The notes under the pieces were generated by a model. That model ran no database searches, had not been told where the DNA came from, and saw only the letters and a program-made list of their open reading frames with translations. This document shows positions 18,644 through 29,300 of a DNA stretch of 59,481 nucleotides, piece by piece. This stretch comes from Verrucomicrobiota bacterium (GTDB lineage: Bacteria > Verrucomicrobiota > Verrucomicrobiia > Verrucomicrobiales > Akkermansiaceae): the NCBI GenBank assembly GCA_037141475.1, contig JBAXCM010000001.1, forward strand, positions 1 through 59,481, written 5' to 3'. Made by a program: the position numbers and the translations under genes. Positions within the stretch are counted from its first letter, which is position 1. Each line of letters starts with the position of its first letter.

Positions 18644-20427
18644 TCATTTTGCCCTCAAGCAAGACTGAGCCTGACGACAGGCAACAACCATTATCTAGCC
18701 AAAATTTTATGGAATGGCGTTTTCTCGATGCCATCGGGCCATTTTTCCGCGGCATTGAACGCAGCCGCATCAATTGGTCCAAGATACCATTTTCGGATCT
18801 GACCACGCAGGGTCCCCAGGCAAGGGCTCAATGGGACCGCATTGCGGCTGATCTAACACGCCTGGTGACGCAGGCCCGTGACTACGGATTCAATGCGGTG
18901 ACGCTCGATGACGTTGCGCACTTGGTGCCGCATCCTTGGCACAGTTCTGAATTGAATCGAGACCTAGAGGTATATCGTGCGGAATTTGGCCGGCTGTTCC
19001 AGATCATCGACGGACTGGGAATGGCGATTTTTCTAACGACAGATGCGATTCCCTGCAGCGCCGGGCTGCTTGAGGCCACGGGTGGTCGCCGTGCAGCGCT
19101 GGATCAATGGTTCCGGGAGGTTATCACGAACATTCTTGATACATTTCCCGAGGTGCGCGGGATCGTCTTGCGGATTGGTGAGAGTGACGGGACCGATGTA
19201 TGCGATCCGCTGCGCAGCCGCTTGCACCTCAAAAACTCCCGTCAGACGCACCGATTCCTGCGGGACCTCCTGCCCTTGTTTGAAAGTCGGGGGCGCTTGT
19301 TGGTATTCAGGACGTGGACGGTTGGTGCCCATCGCATCGGCGACTTGATCTGGCACCGCCGCACCCTTGAGGATACCCTTGGCGGGCTGAATTCACCTGC
19401 ATTGCTGGTGTCGATGAAACACGGCGAGTCGGATTTCTTCCGCTATCTGCCACTCAACCGCGCGTTCTTCCGGCTGACTCAGCCAAAAATGATCGAAATT
19501 CAGGCACGCCGCGAATATGAGGGCGCTGGCGAATTTCCGTCTTTCATCGGCTGGGACTGCGAACGCATGGCACGCGAGCTTGCCGGAGTGAGAAACCTAG
19601 TAGGTATCTCGGTGTGGTGCCAAACTGGCGGCTGGCACGGGTTCCGGCGGTTGGCGTTTCTCGAGGACAAACACCGCGATATTTGGATCCGGCTCAATGT
19701 TCTGGCCGCAAGCAGAATCCTCTGCGATGGCGCCACAGTCGAACAAGTCGTTAGCCAAGTGGCAGGCCCCGAACATGCGGATGCCCTGCTCGAATTATTG
19801 CGGCACTCTGAGACGGCTGTTAGAGAATTGTATTACGTGGAGGAATTCGCCCGCCGCAAGTTATTTTTCCGAAGAGTGCGGATTCCACCACTGTTGCATG
19901 TCTATTGGGACTGCCTATTCATCAATCATGCCTTGCGCAAAATCCTCATGCATTTCGTTGACGACCCGGAATGCGCAATCCGCGATGGCGAGGCCGCGTT
20001 TGACTTGTTTCCTCGGATGATCTCCCTTGCTGGACAGGCTGGGCTACCGGGTGACGACATCGAATTCATGCGCGACACCTTCCGCCTCATCGCACTGGCC
20101 AGGCGTTACTATTTTCTGCCATTCGATCCGGCATTGCCACCGGTCATCGAGGCGGCCAAGCGGACGTACAAGTTGCGCTGGCCGCGCTCAGAACGCCCGC
20201 GCTACCGCATTAAGACCTCGTTCGAGCCGTTTCGCGTCAAGCGCCGCACCCTGGCTTGGATCGCCGCCCTGTTGCTGCGAAAACGCCGCGGATACCGTAT
20301 CATTGACTACCTGTTCACTCTCGGGCTGCTAGGAAGCCTCTATCGCCTGCTGCGCCCGGCGACGAGGAATTCCCTGCCCAAATTCCTGCGCGACTCTGCC
20401 ATGGGCATCGACACCTTATTCAAGTGA
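18640..20427 (+). CDS. GH67 alpha-glucuronidase-like TIM-barrel protein
   Basis: Start is either GTG 18640 (GTGA overlap with the GT4 stop) or ATG 18709. Motifs LVFRTW, MKHGESDFF and MIEIQARREYEG resemble GH67 catalytic-region motifs (KxGPIDF, EFQITQEY). No signal peptide; basic amphipathic C-terminus. Confidence 0.55.
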   Translation: MIILPSSKTEPDDRQQPLSSQNFMEWRFLDAIGPFFRGIERSRINWSKIPFSDLTTQGPQARAQWDRIAADLTRLVTQARDYGFNAVTLDDVAHLVPHPWHSSELNRDLEVYRAEFGRLFQIIDGLGMAIFLTTDAIPCSAGLLEATGGRRAALDQWFREVITNILDTFPEVRGIVLRIGESDGTDVCDPLRSRLHLKNSRQTHRFLRDLLPLFESRGRLLVFRTWTVGAHRIGDLIWHRRTLEDTLGGLNSPALLVSMKHGESDFFRYLPLNRAFFRLTQPKMIEIQARREYEGAGEFPSFIGWDCERMARELAGVRNLVGISVWCQTGGWHGFRRLAFLEDKHRDIWIRLNVLAASRILCDGATVEQVVSQVAGPEHADALLELLRHSETAVRELYYVEEFARRKLFFRRVRIPPLLHVYWDCLFINHALRKILMHFVDDPECAIRDGEAAFDLFPRMISLAGQAGLPGDDIEFMRDTFRLIALARRYYFLPFDPALPPVIEAAKRTYKLRWPRSERPRYRIKTSFEPFRVKRRTLAWIAALLLRKRRGYRIIDYLFTLGLLGSLYRLLRPATRNSLPKFLRDSAMGIDTLFK

Positions 20428-20500
20428 GATCTGCCCCCGTCCGCCCTGAGTGGAACCGGCTTTTCCACTGTGGCATTCACAGGTATTGCAGCGCGGATTC

Positions 20501-22045
20501 TCAGCTTGGATCCTTGTATAAGATATATATCGTCTGCAGGCGAGGGCCACCCCAAGCGAACAAGCTTAAAGCTGGCATCAGCCCTAGCAACTGGTGGCTC
20601 TCTTGATGGATCAGGCGGAATCCGGCAGTCTTGATGCTCTCGGCGGAGATATTGCGCAAGGCCGGGCCGGTTTCCGCATCCCAGCAGATGAGAGTGCGTG
20701 GCGGCATCGCCTTCAGGGTTGCCATGGCACCGGCGTGGTCACTCGCGTAAAGAGCTGGTTCTTCCCATGGATCGCGGTCCCAGGCGATGTTCATTGCCGC
20801 CTGGCTCCACAGGAACCGATCCACCGGAAGGCCGGATTGATTGTGGTCGAACCACGCCTTCGCGGATTGCACAGCGCGGGCATCACGGTTCCATGAGGAG
20901 CCATCGACAAACCAGAAGTTCGCAATGAATGAGACACTCACCACAGCCGCCCACGTTCGGCGATTGCAAACATGCGGCCAACGGGAGCTAAATTGATTCC
21001 ATCCCATGCATCCTGCAATTGCCAAGCAGGGGGCGAAAGCGGAGAAATACCTCGCATAGCCAGCCGATCCAAACAGCCCAAACACCCTCATCACACTGTG
21101 CATCGCAAAGGTGAACAGGAATAGTGCCGCAATAAGCCGGAGTCCTGGAGAACGGGCGAGAATCCATAATCCAACTGCCACCGGCACCATCAGCAAGGGT
21201 CCGGCGATTTCCGGAAAGCGTGACAAGTACTGCCAAATAGGGCCTTTGCCATAGGCTGCCCCCCCAGCCGACCAATCTGGCGGCCAATTATGAATGATAT
21301 ATAGTGGGTCGCCGCTGATGACCCACGCTGCGAGCACCCAGCTAACCAATCCAACCGCGAGCAACAGGCTGCACATTCCTCGCTTGATGAGAGACTTGGC
21401 CAAAGCTGGGCTGCCGAGCATCATCAAACCCCATACCACGGCCACGAAGGCACCTTCCGGCCTCGCACCGATCAACAAAGATGCCAGCACCGCACCTAGC
21501 CACAATCGTCCGGAAAAATGTGCTAGCAGAGCGGCAGACAGGACTGTTGCGAACAACGGCTCTGTCATCGTGTCTCCCCACATCAAAAACAGAGCGGGTT
21601 GCAAGAGGTAGAACGGAATGCAGCGCCAGCTATCTGCTAGCCCGATTCGCCGAGCTATCAGCCAAGTCATTGCCGCCCCGGCGGTGGATATGAATACAGC
21701 CCAGCACCGAGATACTTCATACCCACCTAAGGCTGGAACTGCATGCACCAAACTAAACAATGGCCGCTGCCAAACACTGATAAATAACTCCGGATGCTGC
21801 CAGGACCAGCGCGCAAATATAAAATGATACCCACCGTCCTGCTGGTAGCTGTCGGGATAGATCATCACCAGTGCAAGTCCGCACGCCAGACACGCCACTA
21901 ACCACAGCAGCGCGGCAAATCTGAAGCCTGACAATTCTCCTGAAAGCCGGGGCGAAAGCATCGAACACGACGGCTCCGTCAGGCGCCAAAATGGCCACCT
22001 CAAACAATTTTCCCGCATATCGGTTTCAGGGGTCTGGATGCTCAT
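20501..22045 (-). CDS. Polytopic membrane protein, GT-C/PMT-like glycosyltransferase candidate
   Basis: About 11-13 hydrophobic segments. Acidic residues in the loop after TM1 (PDSYQQDGGYH), plus TMTEPLF and GARPEG motifs typical of GT-C fold proteins. Confidence 0.6.
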   Translation of the reverse strand: MSIQTPETDMRENCLRWPFWRLTEPSCSMLSPRLSGELSGFRFAALLWLVACLACGLALVMIYPDSYQQDGGYHFIFARWSWQHPELFISVWQRPLFSLVHAVPALGGYEVSRCWAVFISTAGAAMTWLIARRIGLADSWRCIPFYLLQPALFLMWGDTMTEPLFATVLSAALLAHFSGRLWLGAVLASLLIGARPEGAFVAVVWGLMMLGSPALAKSLIKRGMCSLLLAVGLVSWVLAAWVISGDPLYIIHNWPPDWSAGGAAYGKGPIWQYLSRFPEIAGPLLMVPVAVGLWILARSPGLRLIAALFLFTFAMHSVMRVFGLFGSAGYARYFSAFAPCLAIAGCMGWNQFSSRWPHVCNRRTWAAVVSVSFIANFWFVDGSSWNRDARAVQSAKAWFDHNQSGLPVDRFLWSQAAMNIAWDRDPWEEPALYASDHAGAMATLKAMPPRTLICWDAETGPALRNISAESIKTAGFRLIHQESHQLLGLMPALSLFAWGGPRLQTIYILYKDPS

Positions 22046-22093
22046 GCGCTGGGTACCCTAGGAAGCATTCCACAGCTCACTCAAGAATCTCTT

Positions 22094-22111
22094 TGTGGCG
22101 ATATTGTCACA
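22094..22111. promoter_or_regulatory. Candidate operator, degenerate copy 4
   Basis: TGTGGCG-ATAT-TGTCACA sits just upstream of a minus-strand TTGAGT-18-TAGGGT promoter-like pair for the GT-C gene, in the divergent region before the YiiX-like gene. Confidence 0.5.
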
Positions 22112-22170
22112 AGGGGGCGCATCTCCGAAAATTGCTATATATCCAATAACAGAAGTTCAAACCACGAATT

Positions 22171-22342
22171 GCACGAGTCGTTAGCCAAGTGGCTGGCCCG
22201 GAACATGCGGATGCCCTGCTCGAACTGTTGCGGCATTCCGAAGCGGCTATTGGGGAGTTATATTGCGTGGAGGAATTCACCCGCCGCAAGATATGCTTCC
22301 GAAGGGTGCGGATTCCGCCAATGTTGCATGTCTAGTGGCACT
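22171..22342 (+). pseudogene. Degenerate internal fragment duplicated from the GH67-like gene (19741-19912)
   Basis: Ungapped match at an offset of 2,430 bp; 25 mismatches in 170 bp counted by eye (about 85% identity). A TAT codon of the parent reads TAG in the copy. Confidence 0.85.
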
Positions 22343-22490
22343 AGGCAGCCCCATCATCCAGGGTCCGTGCAAAAACCCGCCATCCCGGGCGGGTGCCCTG
22401 GAATTTTTCCGTTGCCTCCGGAACGTAGGTAACTACACTCCGACGGAGCGCGGCTTCTACGGATGCGGGCAAAAAAATTCAAAACCCCCA

Positions 22491-23993
22491 GTGACATTGC
22501 AACGCCTGAGGCCCCCAAGTGGTTTAAGATCCCCCACCCCGCCAGCCATCGATGGCCTCGGCGAGACTCAGGTGCTCGCCGACCGCGACACGTTGCGCGA
22601 AATCCTCGACGGACTCAATCGGCTGGAGGATCTCCTCGATCACACGCCAGTGCTCGACGCAGCCGCACAGCGCGGCTACTTCACTCCTGACGAAGACGAC
22701 CGCGTCCGCCAAGCCCTGCTGGCCTATCGGAACTATCGATTCGCCGCTTATGAAATCATCTTCCGCTATCGTGAGTTTGAAGAAATTGAGGACGAATGGT
22801 TGCAGACGCGCTGCTTCATCATTGCGTTTGCTGCCGCGCTGGTCCTCTACGCGAAGTCGCTCAAATTCATCGGTGTGGCGGAGCGTCTGCCGCTACTTCG
22901 CGCCAAGCTCAACGAGCCGGACGCGAAATTTGAACTCGAGGCCGGCTTCTTTGATGACGTGCGCACCGGTTACAGTTCCCTGTTCAATTACCGGGCACTG
23001 GCTCACGCCGACCGCTTCTGGGGCGGATTGCGACACACGGCTTGGTTTCGCAACCTTGATGCCAACTCCGATTGGCACTGGCTCTGCGAAATAATCCGCA
23101 GGAAACGCGGAGTGATCCGCAAAAGCTTGTTGGGTGCCTTGCGACGCTATCTGCGCTCTAACTGGCACGCGCTGTGGCAGAAGGCCCTGCGTCCAGCACG
23201 CAAAACCCGCTATGGCCTGCAATCCCTTGTGGGTGGACGCTTCGCTGGCATTCATGTCGTCGCTAACCCGGTCCACGTCCTAACTGAAGATGTGCTCGCT
23301 GGATTGCATCCCCAACTCCAGCCGGGCGATATTTTGCTGTGCCGCGCCGAGGGCAAGCTCAGTGCCGCAATGTTGCCGGGCTTCTGGTCGCATGTCGCAA
23401 TCTATCTCGGATCGCGCCGCCAACTCGAGGCACTCCAAGTCCACACCCAGCCACACGCCGCCAAACATTGGGATGCATTCCCAATGCCCCCCGCCCCGTT
23501 GGGCTGGGTCATCGAGGGCGTCGCACCTCGGGTCCGCATCTGCCCACTCGAAACCAGCCTCCATGCCGACCACGTCGTCGTGCTGCGCCCTAACGTGTCG
23601 GCGGTGGATCTGGCGGCGGCGCTGGGTGAGGCGTTCGGGCACTTGGGCAAGCCGTATGATTTCGAGTTCGATTTCAACGTAAGCAGCCGCATCGTGTGCA
23701 CCGAATTGGTGTATCGATGTTTTCACCAGCGCGGACCCATCAGCTTCCCGTTAGTAAAGCGACTCGGCCGCTTTACCCTCAGCGGCGATGACGTCGTTCA
23801 CCTCGCCTTGGATGGATTGGCAATGGCCGACGGACCCCGGCACGCGCCGTTGCAGCCGGTTGGCTTGATCCTCAAGCGCAGCGACGGAGAGGCGCACATG
23901 GTGCCCGCCCAAAGGATTGTTCCGCTGCTGCAGCGCATTCGCGTTGGCTGGCGACCGGCCCGCCGGGTCCCACCTGAGGCGAAGTCTCGCTAG
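22491..23993 (+). CDS. YiiX/YebB-like permuted NlpC/P60 (papain-like) amidase/acyltransferase with an N-terminal helical domain
   Basis: LQPGDILL, FWSHVAIYLG (catalytic His) and GKPYDFEFD...IVCTELVY (catalytic Cys), in the His-before-Cys permuted order. Start uncertain; GTG 22491 preferred. Confidence 0.8.
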   Translation: MTLQRLRPPSGLRSPTPPAIDGLGETQVLADRDTLREILDGLNRLEDLLDHTPVLDAAAQRGYFTPDEDDRVRQALLAYRNYRFAAYEIIFRYREFEEIEDEWLQTRCFIIAFAAALVLYAKSLKFIGVAERLPLLRAKLNEPDAKFELEAGFFDDVRTGYSSLFNYRALAHADRFWGGLRHTAWFRNLDANSDWHWLCEIIRRKRGVIRKSLLGALRRYLRSNWHALWQKALRPARKTRYGLQSLVGGRFAGIHVVANPVHVLTEDVLAGLHPQLQPGDILLCRAEGKLSAAMLPGFWSHVAIYLGSRRQLEALQVHTQPHAAKHWDAFPMPPAPLGWVIEGVAPRVRICPLETSLHADHVVVLRPNVSAVDLAAALGEAFGHLGKPYDFEFDFNVSSRIVCTELVYRCFHQRGPISFPLVKRLGRFTLSGDDVVHLALDGLAMADGPRHAPLQPVGLILKRSDGEAHMVPAQRIVPLLQRIRVGWRPARRVPPEAKSR

Positions 23994-24138
23994 AGTCCTT
24001 GAAAAGCCAATGATATTGTCGTTAGATTAACTTTCTTGTCTTGGGAAGCAGCCCCAAAATAAAATACATTTCTATTCTTGAAATTTCCTGAAAAGATATC
24101 CATATGTGCCCCGTTAGGCAGAAAACTATCCTCCAATC

Positions 24139-26331
24139 ATGAAATGCCTCTTCCACTTGTTGGTCCGTGTGTTTTTCCGCTTCCGCTGCTACAACCCGGC
24201 GGTGTTGAACGAGCCCGGCCCGGTCATCCTCATTCCTAACCACACGTCCTGGCTGGATTGGATGTTTCTCATCGTGTGCATGGGGGACCATTGGAAGTTC
24301 GTCACCTCCAGCACCACCGCTCGCACGAGTTGGCTGCATCGCCTCATCATGGTCAACCGGCACACTTTCCCCGTCGATCCCGCCTCGCCTTACGCGGTTA
24401 AGCGCATGGCGAAATATCTGGCCGGGGGCGGCAAGTTGGTACTCTTCGCCGAAGGCCGTCTCTCGCGCACCGGCTCCTTGATGAAACTCTTCGATGGAAC
24501 CGGCTTCCTGCTGCTCAACACCCACGCCAAGGTCATCACCTGCTATCTGCGCGGCGCTCAGCGCGTGCCGTTCTCACCCCAGCCAGGCTGGAAAAAATGC
24601 TTCACGCCGGTCAGTGCCCACTTCAGTCCCGTCATTCAGCCGCCCACCCCGCAAAACGTCAGCACCGCCCATGCCCGAGCTACGCTAACGACGTGGTTGC
24701 GGGATTTAATGGTGAGCCAGCAGTTTGAAACGGAGATGCAATTCGGCCCGTCTAACCTCTTGGACGCGATCGCGGATACGGCACGGCACCATCCGAAACA
24801 AATCGCCATGGAGGACGCGACCTTGCAGATATTGACATATCGCAAGTTGCTCATCGGCGCGGATCTTCTGGCCCAGCAGTTGGGGAGAATCCCCGGCTTC
24901 ACGCCTGCCGGAGCCGCACGGATCGGCGTGCTGTTACCTAACATCAATGCCACGCCCATGATCTTGCTCGCCCTTTGGCGGGCTGGCAAAGTCCCCGCCA
25001 TCTTGAACTTCTCCACCGGCATCGCCACCATGAAGGCTTGCGCCGAGATCGCCGAACTGAGATATGTCATCACCTCGCGCACCTTTCTGCAAATTGCCAA
25101 ACTGCAGGTGGCCGCCTTGGCCGATGTCGGCGTCGAATTCATCTATCTGGAGGATCTGCGCGCCGGCCTCACCTTCATCCAAAAATTTACCACCTATCTG
25201 CATCACCGTCTGTGCCTGCAACCTGCCAGCCACAAGCTGGCCGCCGATTCTGCTGCCGTGATCCTGTTCACCTCGGGCTCGGAAGGCACCCCCAAGGGAG
25301 TTGAACTGACGCAGGGCAACCTGCTAGCGAACATCCGCCAAATGCTAGCCATCACCGATCTCACGGATCGTGACCGTCTATTGAACTGCCTGCCGATGTT
25401 TCACAGTTTTGGGCTAACCATCGGCCTGTTGCTGCCCTTGGTGCGGGGGATGTATGTGTTTATTTACCCTTCGCCCCTGCATTACCGCGTCATCCCGACG
25501 GTCCTATATGACCGCGATTGTTCGGTGTTTCTGAGTACAAACACGTTTCTCAATGGCTACGCCCGCAAGGCTCACCCATACGACTTCAGCAGCATGCGCT
25601 ACCTGTTCGCCGCCGCGGAAAAACTGCAGGAAGCCACCGCACAGTTATGGATGCAGAAGTTCGGCGTGCGCATCCTTGAAGGCTATGGCGCCACGGAATG
25701 TGCCCCGTGCGTGAGTGTCAACACACCGCTGGCTCCCAGTCATGGCTCGGTCGGCCGCATGCTGCCCGGCATGGAATACAAGCTCGAGCCGGTCGAAGGC
25801 ATTTCTGAGGAATCTCCCCAAGCCGGTGCCGTGACATCGCCCGAGGCGGTGGGTCGACTCTTAGTGCGCGGCCCGAATATCATGCGCGGCTACTTGAATG
25901 CCGACGCCAATGCAGCATTCCAAGCCCTCGGCGGCTGGTACGACACCGGCGATATCGTCAGCGTGGATTCCGGCGGCTACTTGCGGATTCGTGGACGCAT
26001 GAAGCGCTTCGCCAAAGTGAGCGGCGAAATGGTCAGTCTGACGGCTGTGGAAGACGCCCTGGCCGGGGCATTTCCGCAGTATGGTCTGAACTGTCAGGTA
26101 GTCGTCATCACGCGTCCCGACGAGGACAAGGGCGAAGTATTGATCGCTGTCACCAACGAATCCAGATTGACTTTGGCAGAGATCCGCGAGGCGATCAAAG
26201 CCAAAGGTCTGACAAATCTAAACACGCCCCGCGAACTCCAACACGTCAAAGAAATTCCAAAACTCGGCACCGGCAAGGTGAACCACCGCGAACTGGTGGC
26301 GCGCCTAACCATCCCCTCAGATAACATCTAA
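24139..26331 (+). CDS. aas: Bifunctional 2-acylglycerophosphoethanolamine acyltransferase/acyl-ACP synthetase
   Basis: N-terminal PNHTSWLD (HX4D) and FAEGRLSRTG. AMP-binding motifs LFTSGSEGTPKGV, EGYGATE and WYDTGD. 730 aa. Confidence 0.88.
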   Translation: MKCLFHLLVRVFFRFRCYNPAVLNEPGPVILIPNHTSWLDWMFLIVCMGDHWKFVTSSTTARTSWLHRLIMVNRHTFPVDPASPYAVKRMAKYLAGGGKLVLFAEGRLSRTGSLMKLFDGTGFLLLNTHAKVITCYLRGAQRVPFSPQPGWKKCFTPVSAHFSPVIQPPTPQNVSTAHARATLTTWLRDLMVSQQFETEMQFGPSNLLDAIADTARHHPKQIAMEDATLQILTYRKLLIGADLLAQQLGRIPGFTPAGAARIGVLLPNINATPMILLALWRAGKVPAILNFSTGIATMKACAEIAELRYVITSRTFLQIAKLQVAALADVGVEFIYLEDLRAGLTFIQKFTTYLHHRLCLQPASHKLAADSAAVILFTSGSEGTPKGVELTQGNLLANIRQMLAITDLTDRDRLLNCLPMFHSFGLTIGLLLPLVRGMYVFIYPSPLHYRVIPTVLYDRDCSVFLSTNTFLNGYARKAHPYDFSSMRYLFAAAEKLQEATAQLWMQKFGVRILEGYGATECAPCVSVNTPLAPSHGSVGRMLPGMEYKLEPVEGISEESPQAGAVTSPEAVGRLLVRGPNIMRGYLNADANAAFQALGGWYDTGDIVSVDSGGYLRIRGRMKRFAKVSGEMVSLTAVEDALAGAFPQYGLNCQVVVITRPDEDKGEVLIAVTNESRLTLAEIREAIKAKGLTNLNTPRELQHVKEIPKLGTGKVNHRELVARLTIPSDNI

Positions 26332-26363
26332 ATGCCATCATTCAAACCTATGCAACACGTGCC

Positions 26364-29300
26364 ATGCTTGAAAAACGACATCTGATCGGGCCACTCGCTC
26401 ATTGGCTTGCGGCAGGAAAGCTCGACGCGCAAGTGGTGTTGCCCGCGATCCAACAACTCAGCACCGACGATCCCAAATCGCTTCCAGAGATTCTCGGGGC
26501 GCTTGAAGGTGAGGCGGATGGGGTGTGGGCCACTTTGGCCGAAGCGCTGCGCCTCACCCTGCACAGGGAGGCGTTGCGAATCTATCAGGCAAAGCAAGCG
26601 GGCCTTGTGCTGCGCGACGAGGAGAGCCTGAGTGGCTTGCCGCTGGTTGCGGTGGATGCCTGGTTGGCTGATGCGAATGTGACGGCTGCGGTGTCCGACG
26701 CGCTGCGAATAGCCTGCGATCTGGGATTTCTGGCCGACAAGCAGGAGCAAATGCCGTGTTTGTTCGCATGCGTCCAACGCGAGGGAATGCAGGTTCTGAG
26801 AAATGCGGGTGCGCAGGTTGGAGCACTCATCGAGCGCCTGCCGCAGCCATGGATCCAGCGACTCGCGGCGGCGTGGACGTCCGATCTGCCGGGCCGCGAA
26901 AGTGTCCTGAGCGAGATCAAGAACTGGCGCGATGCCTATCAAACAAATTGGTGCCAGCAGACCGCCCGTGTGATCAAGAACCCGCCGCTGCCAAGCGAAT
27001 TTGAATCACTGGTCGCGGTGATGACAGAGCATTTTGCGGCAGCAGAAGATCGCGGGGAACGCGAACGATTATTGGACACGGCCTGTTGTTGGATGACTCC
27101 GGAGATGATTCCGGCACTGACTGCCATGACGCGGGACGCTTGGGCGCAGGACCGGGCAATGTGGAATTTAACGCTGCGCTTTGGCCAGCCGCAGTTGGCC
27201 GTTTGGGGTGACTGGCAGGCGTGGTTAGATGAACAAGCCAGGCTGTGGCAGACGACGGGGTTAGCCTTGGACTCACTGATCGATCAGCACGCCGCGGCAT
27301 TGCTGCTAGTTCTGTATCTCCGCACGCCAGACCAGAATCCGGCAGTGCTCGACGCCTTGCTCACAAGCGTGACCAGGGACGAGGCTCCGGTGGAACCTGC
27401 AATACTGGTGGCCGGGTGGTCAAGATGGATTCCACTCGCCGAGCGCCGGCTCTTGTTGGGAGATGGCCCGTCCTTGCCGCCGCCCCTGCCAGTCTCGGGC
27501 AACCGCGATGCAGCCACGACAGGCGTCCATTTGCCAGTTAGACCTCCGTTTCCGCGCTCCGCCGCCCCTCCCGTTGTGACGGTGGTGCCGAGCGTTGAGG
27601 TTGCGCCGCCGCCAGCTCCACCGCGACCGCCGACGCCGTGGGAACAGCACGTCCAACCGTTTCTGATGGAAAACTGGTACATCGTGGCGGGCATCGCGAT
27701 GGTTTTGTTAGGTTGCTCGCTGCTGGCCTATTACACTTGGGACAAGCATTGGCTCGTGCGTTATACGCTGATGCCCTTGCTGCTGGGTGGCTTCACCTGG
27801 TCGCTGGCCGGGGTGGGGAAATGGATCGAGACGAAGAGTGCCGAATTCAGAGGCACCGGCGCTATTCTGCGGGCCGCGGCAATCGGCCTGCTGCCGATCA
27901 ATTTCATGGCGATGGCATTGCTTTCCGTAGATGACTCCGTGCAACACAAGGTGCCAGCCGTCGTGGGCATGGCTCTTATCTATCTGTTGGTTTTCGGCTG
28001 GGGCTTGAGAAAGTGGTGCGCGGCAATCGATGCAACGCTGGGAAACGTGCTGGCCGGCACCTTGCTCCTGCTCAACTCGCTGGTGGCGGTCGCTCCCTTG
28101 GCGCGCTCGCTGGGTCACCCCGATAGCGACGCCTTGCGGCTCTGCCTGGGCTCCGGATTTTATGTTGGCTTCGCCGCCACTGCGGGATTACTCGTCTATT
28201 TCACCCGCAAGATTTTGACGCGGGAGATGGCCGACGAAAAACGGGTGCCGTGGTTTGTGGCGGGTGTTCTAGCCATGACATTTCTGGAAGTTTTCGTCTG
28301 GGTGCATGGATTCATGCGACACCTGCCACAGGCACCGACATACGCGTTGATGGTCATTCTAACCGGCTGGCTGGTCCTGCACGGTGAGCGGCGCGCCCTG
28401 CAATTGAAAGCCAGCCCCCAACTACACGGTGGCGAATCGTTTCTCGGATTCGCCATGATTTTGCTAGGTTTGCTGATGGGTTTCGGCGACCCACTGCTGC
28501 GTATCGTGGCATTCGTGACCGGAGGGGCCGTATGGATGTACCAGGGCCTGAGGCGGCGCCACCCGTTGCACGATTGGATTGCGCTCACGCTGATGGGTCT
28601 GGGCGGTGCGGCGGTGGGACTCTATCCGGGCTATCCAGCTGCCATGTTGCCATTGTTAGGCTTGCTGCTGGCAGGCGCATTCGGTGGAGCTGCGTGGCTT
28701 GGCCGCAGCTTTGAAATGAAACGGGCCACATCCGAAGATGCGGCTTCGGACGTTGTGCTGCCGACGTGGATTGAGGCATGTTGGGGCATGCAGATGGTCG
28801 CGCTGGTGGTCACTGCGCTGCTGGCACCGTTGGTTCAATGGCATGAGGGATGCGCCCCGCTGGGCACCGCCAGCTGGCTGGTGCTGGTGGCCGCAGCAGT
28901 GGGTTGGCGCGCGCTGCGGGACCAACAACTCCCGTGGCTGCATACCTCACTGGCGATTCTGGCGCTGGCACTGCCTTTTGCCGGGTTTATGGATGTTGCC
29001 GGACGCAGTGCCCATCACCAATCCATGGTCTTTGGCTTGGCACTGCTCTCGTGGCTGTGGCTGGGGGTGACCTGGATCGGCCGCAACCCGCTTTTGCGGC
29101 AGGCCCGCACGACGGGCTTGTGGCTTTACGGCGTGCTGGCGTTGGCGGCCATGGTGCTGCGGGTTTTGCTAGGCGACAACGCTCCGGCGGTGCAGTGGTA
29201 TTGCGCTTGGATGGAAGCTGCCGGGCCGCCGCTCATGATGTTGGTGTTGATTCCGACCACCTATGTCTCGCGTTCATTGGTGCCAGCTGGGATGGCCGTG

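Noticed and set aside
22263-22490. Upstream extension of the YiiX-like ORF
   Set aside because: Begins inside the duplicated GH67-like fragment in a different frame; not protein-like.
24008-24025. Possible fifth operator copy (TGATATTGTCG) upstream of aas
   Set aside because: Only a weak half-site; the left half does not match.
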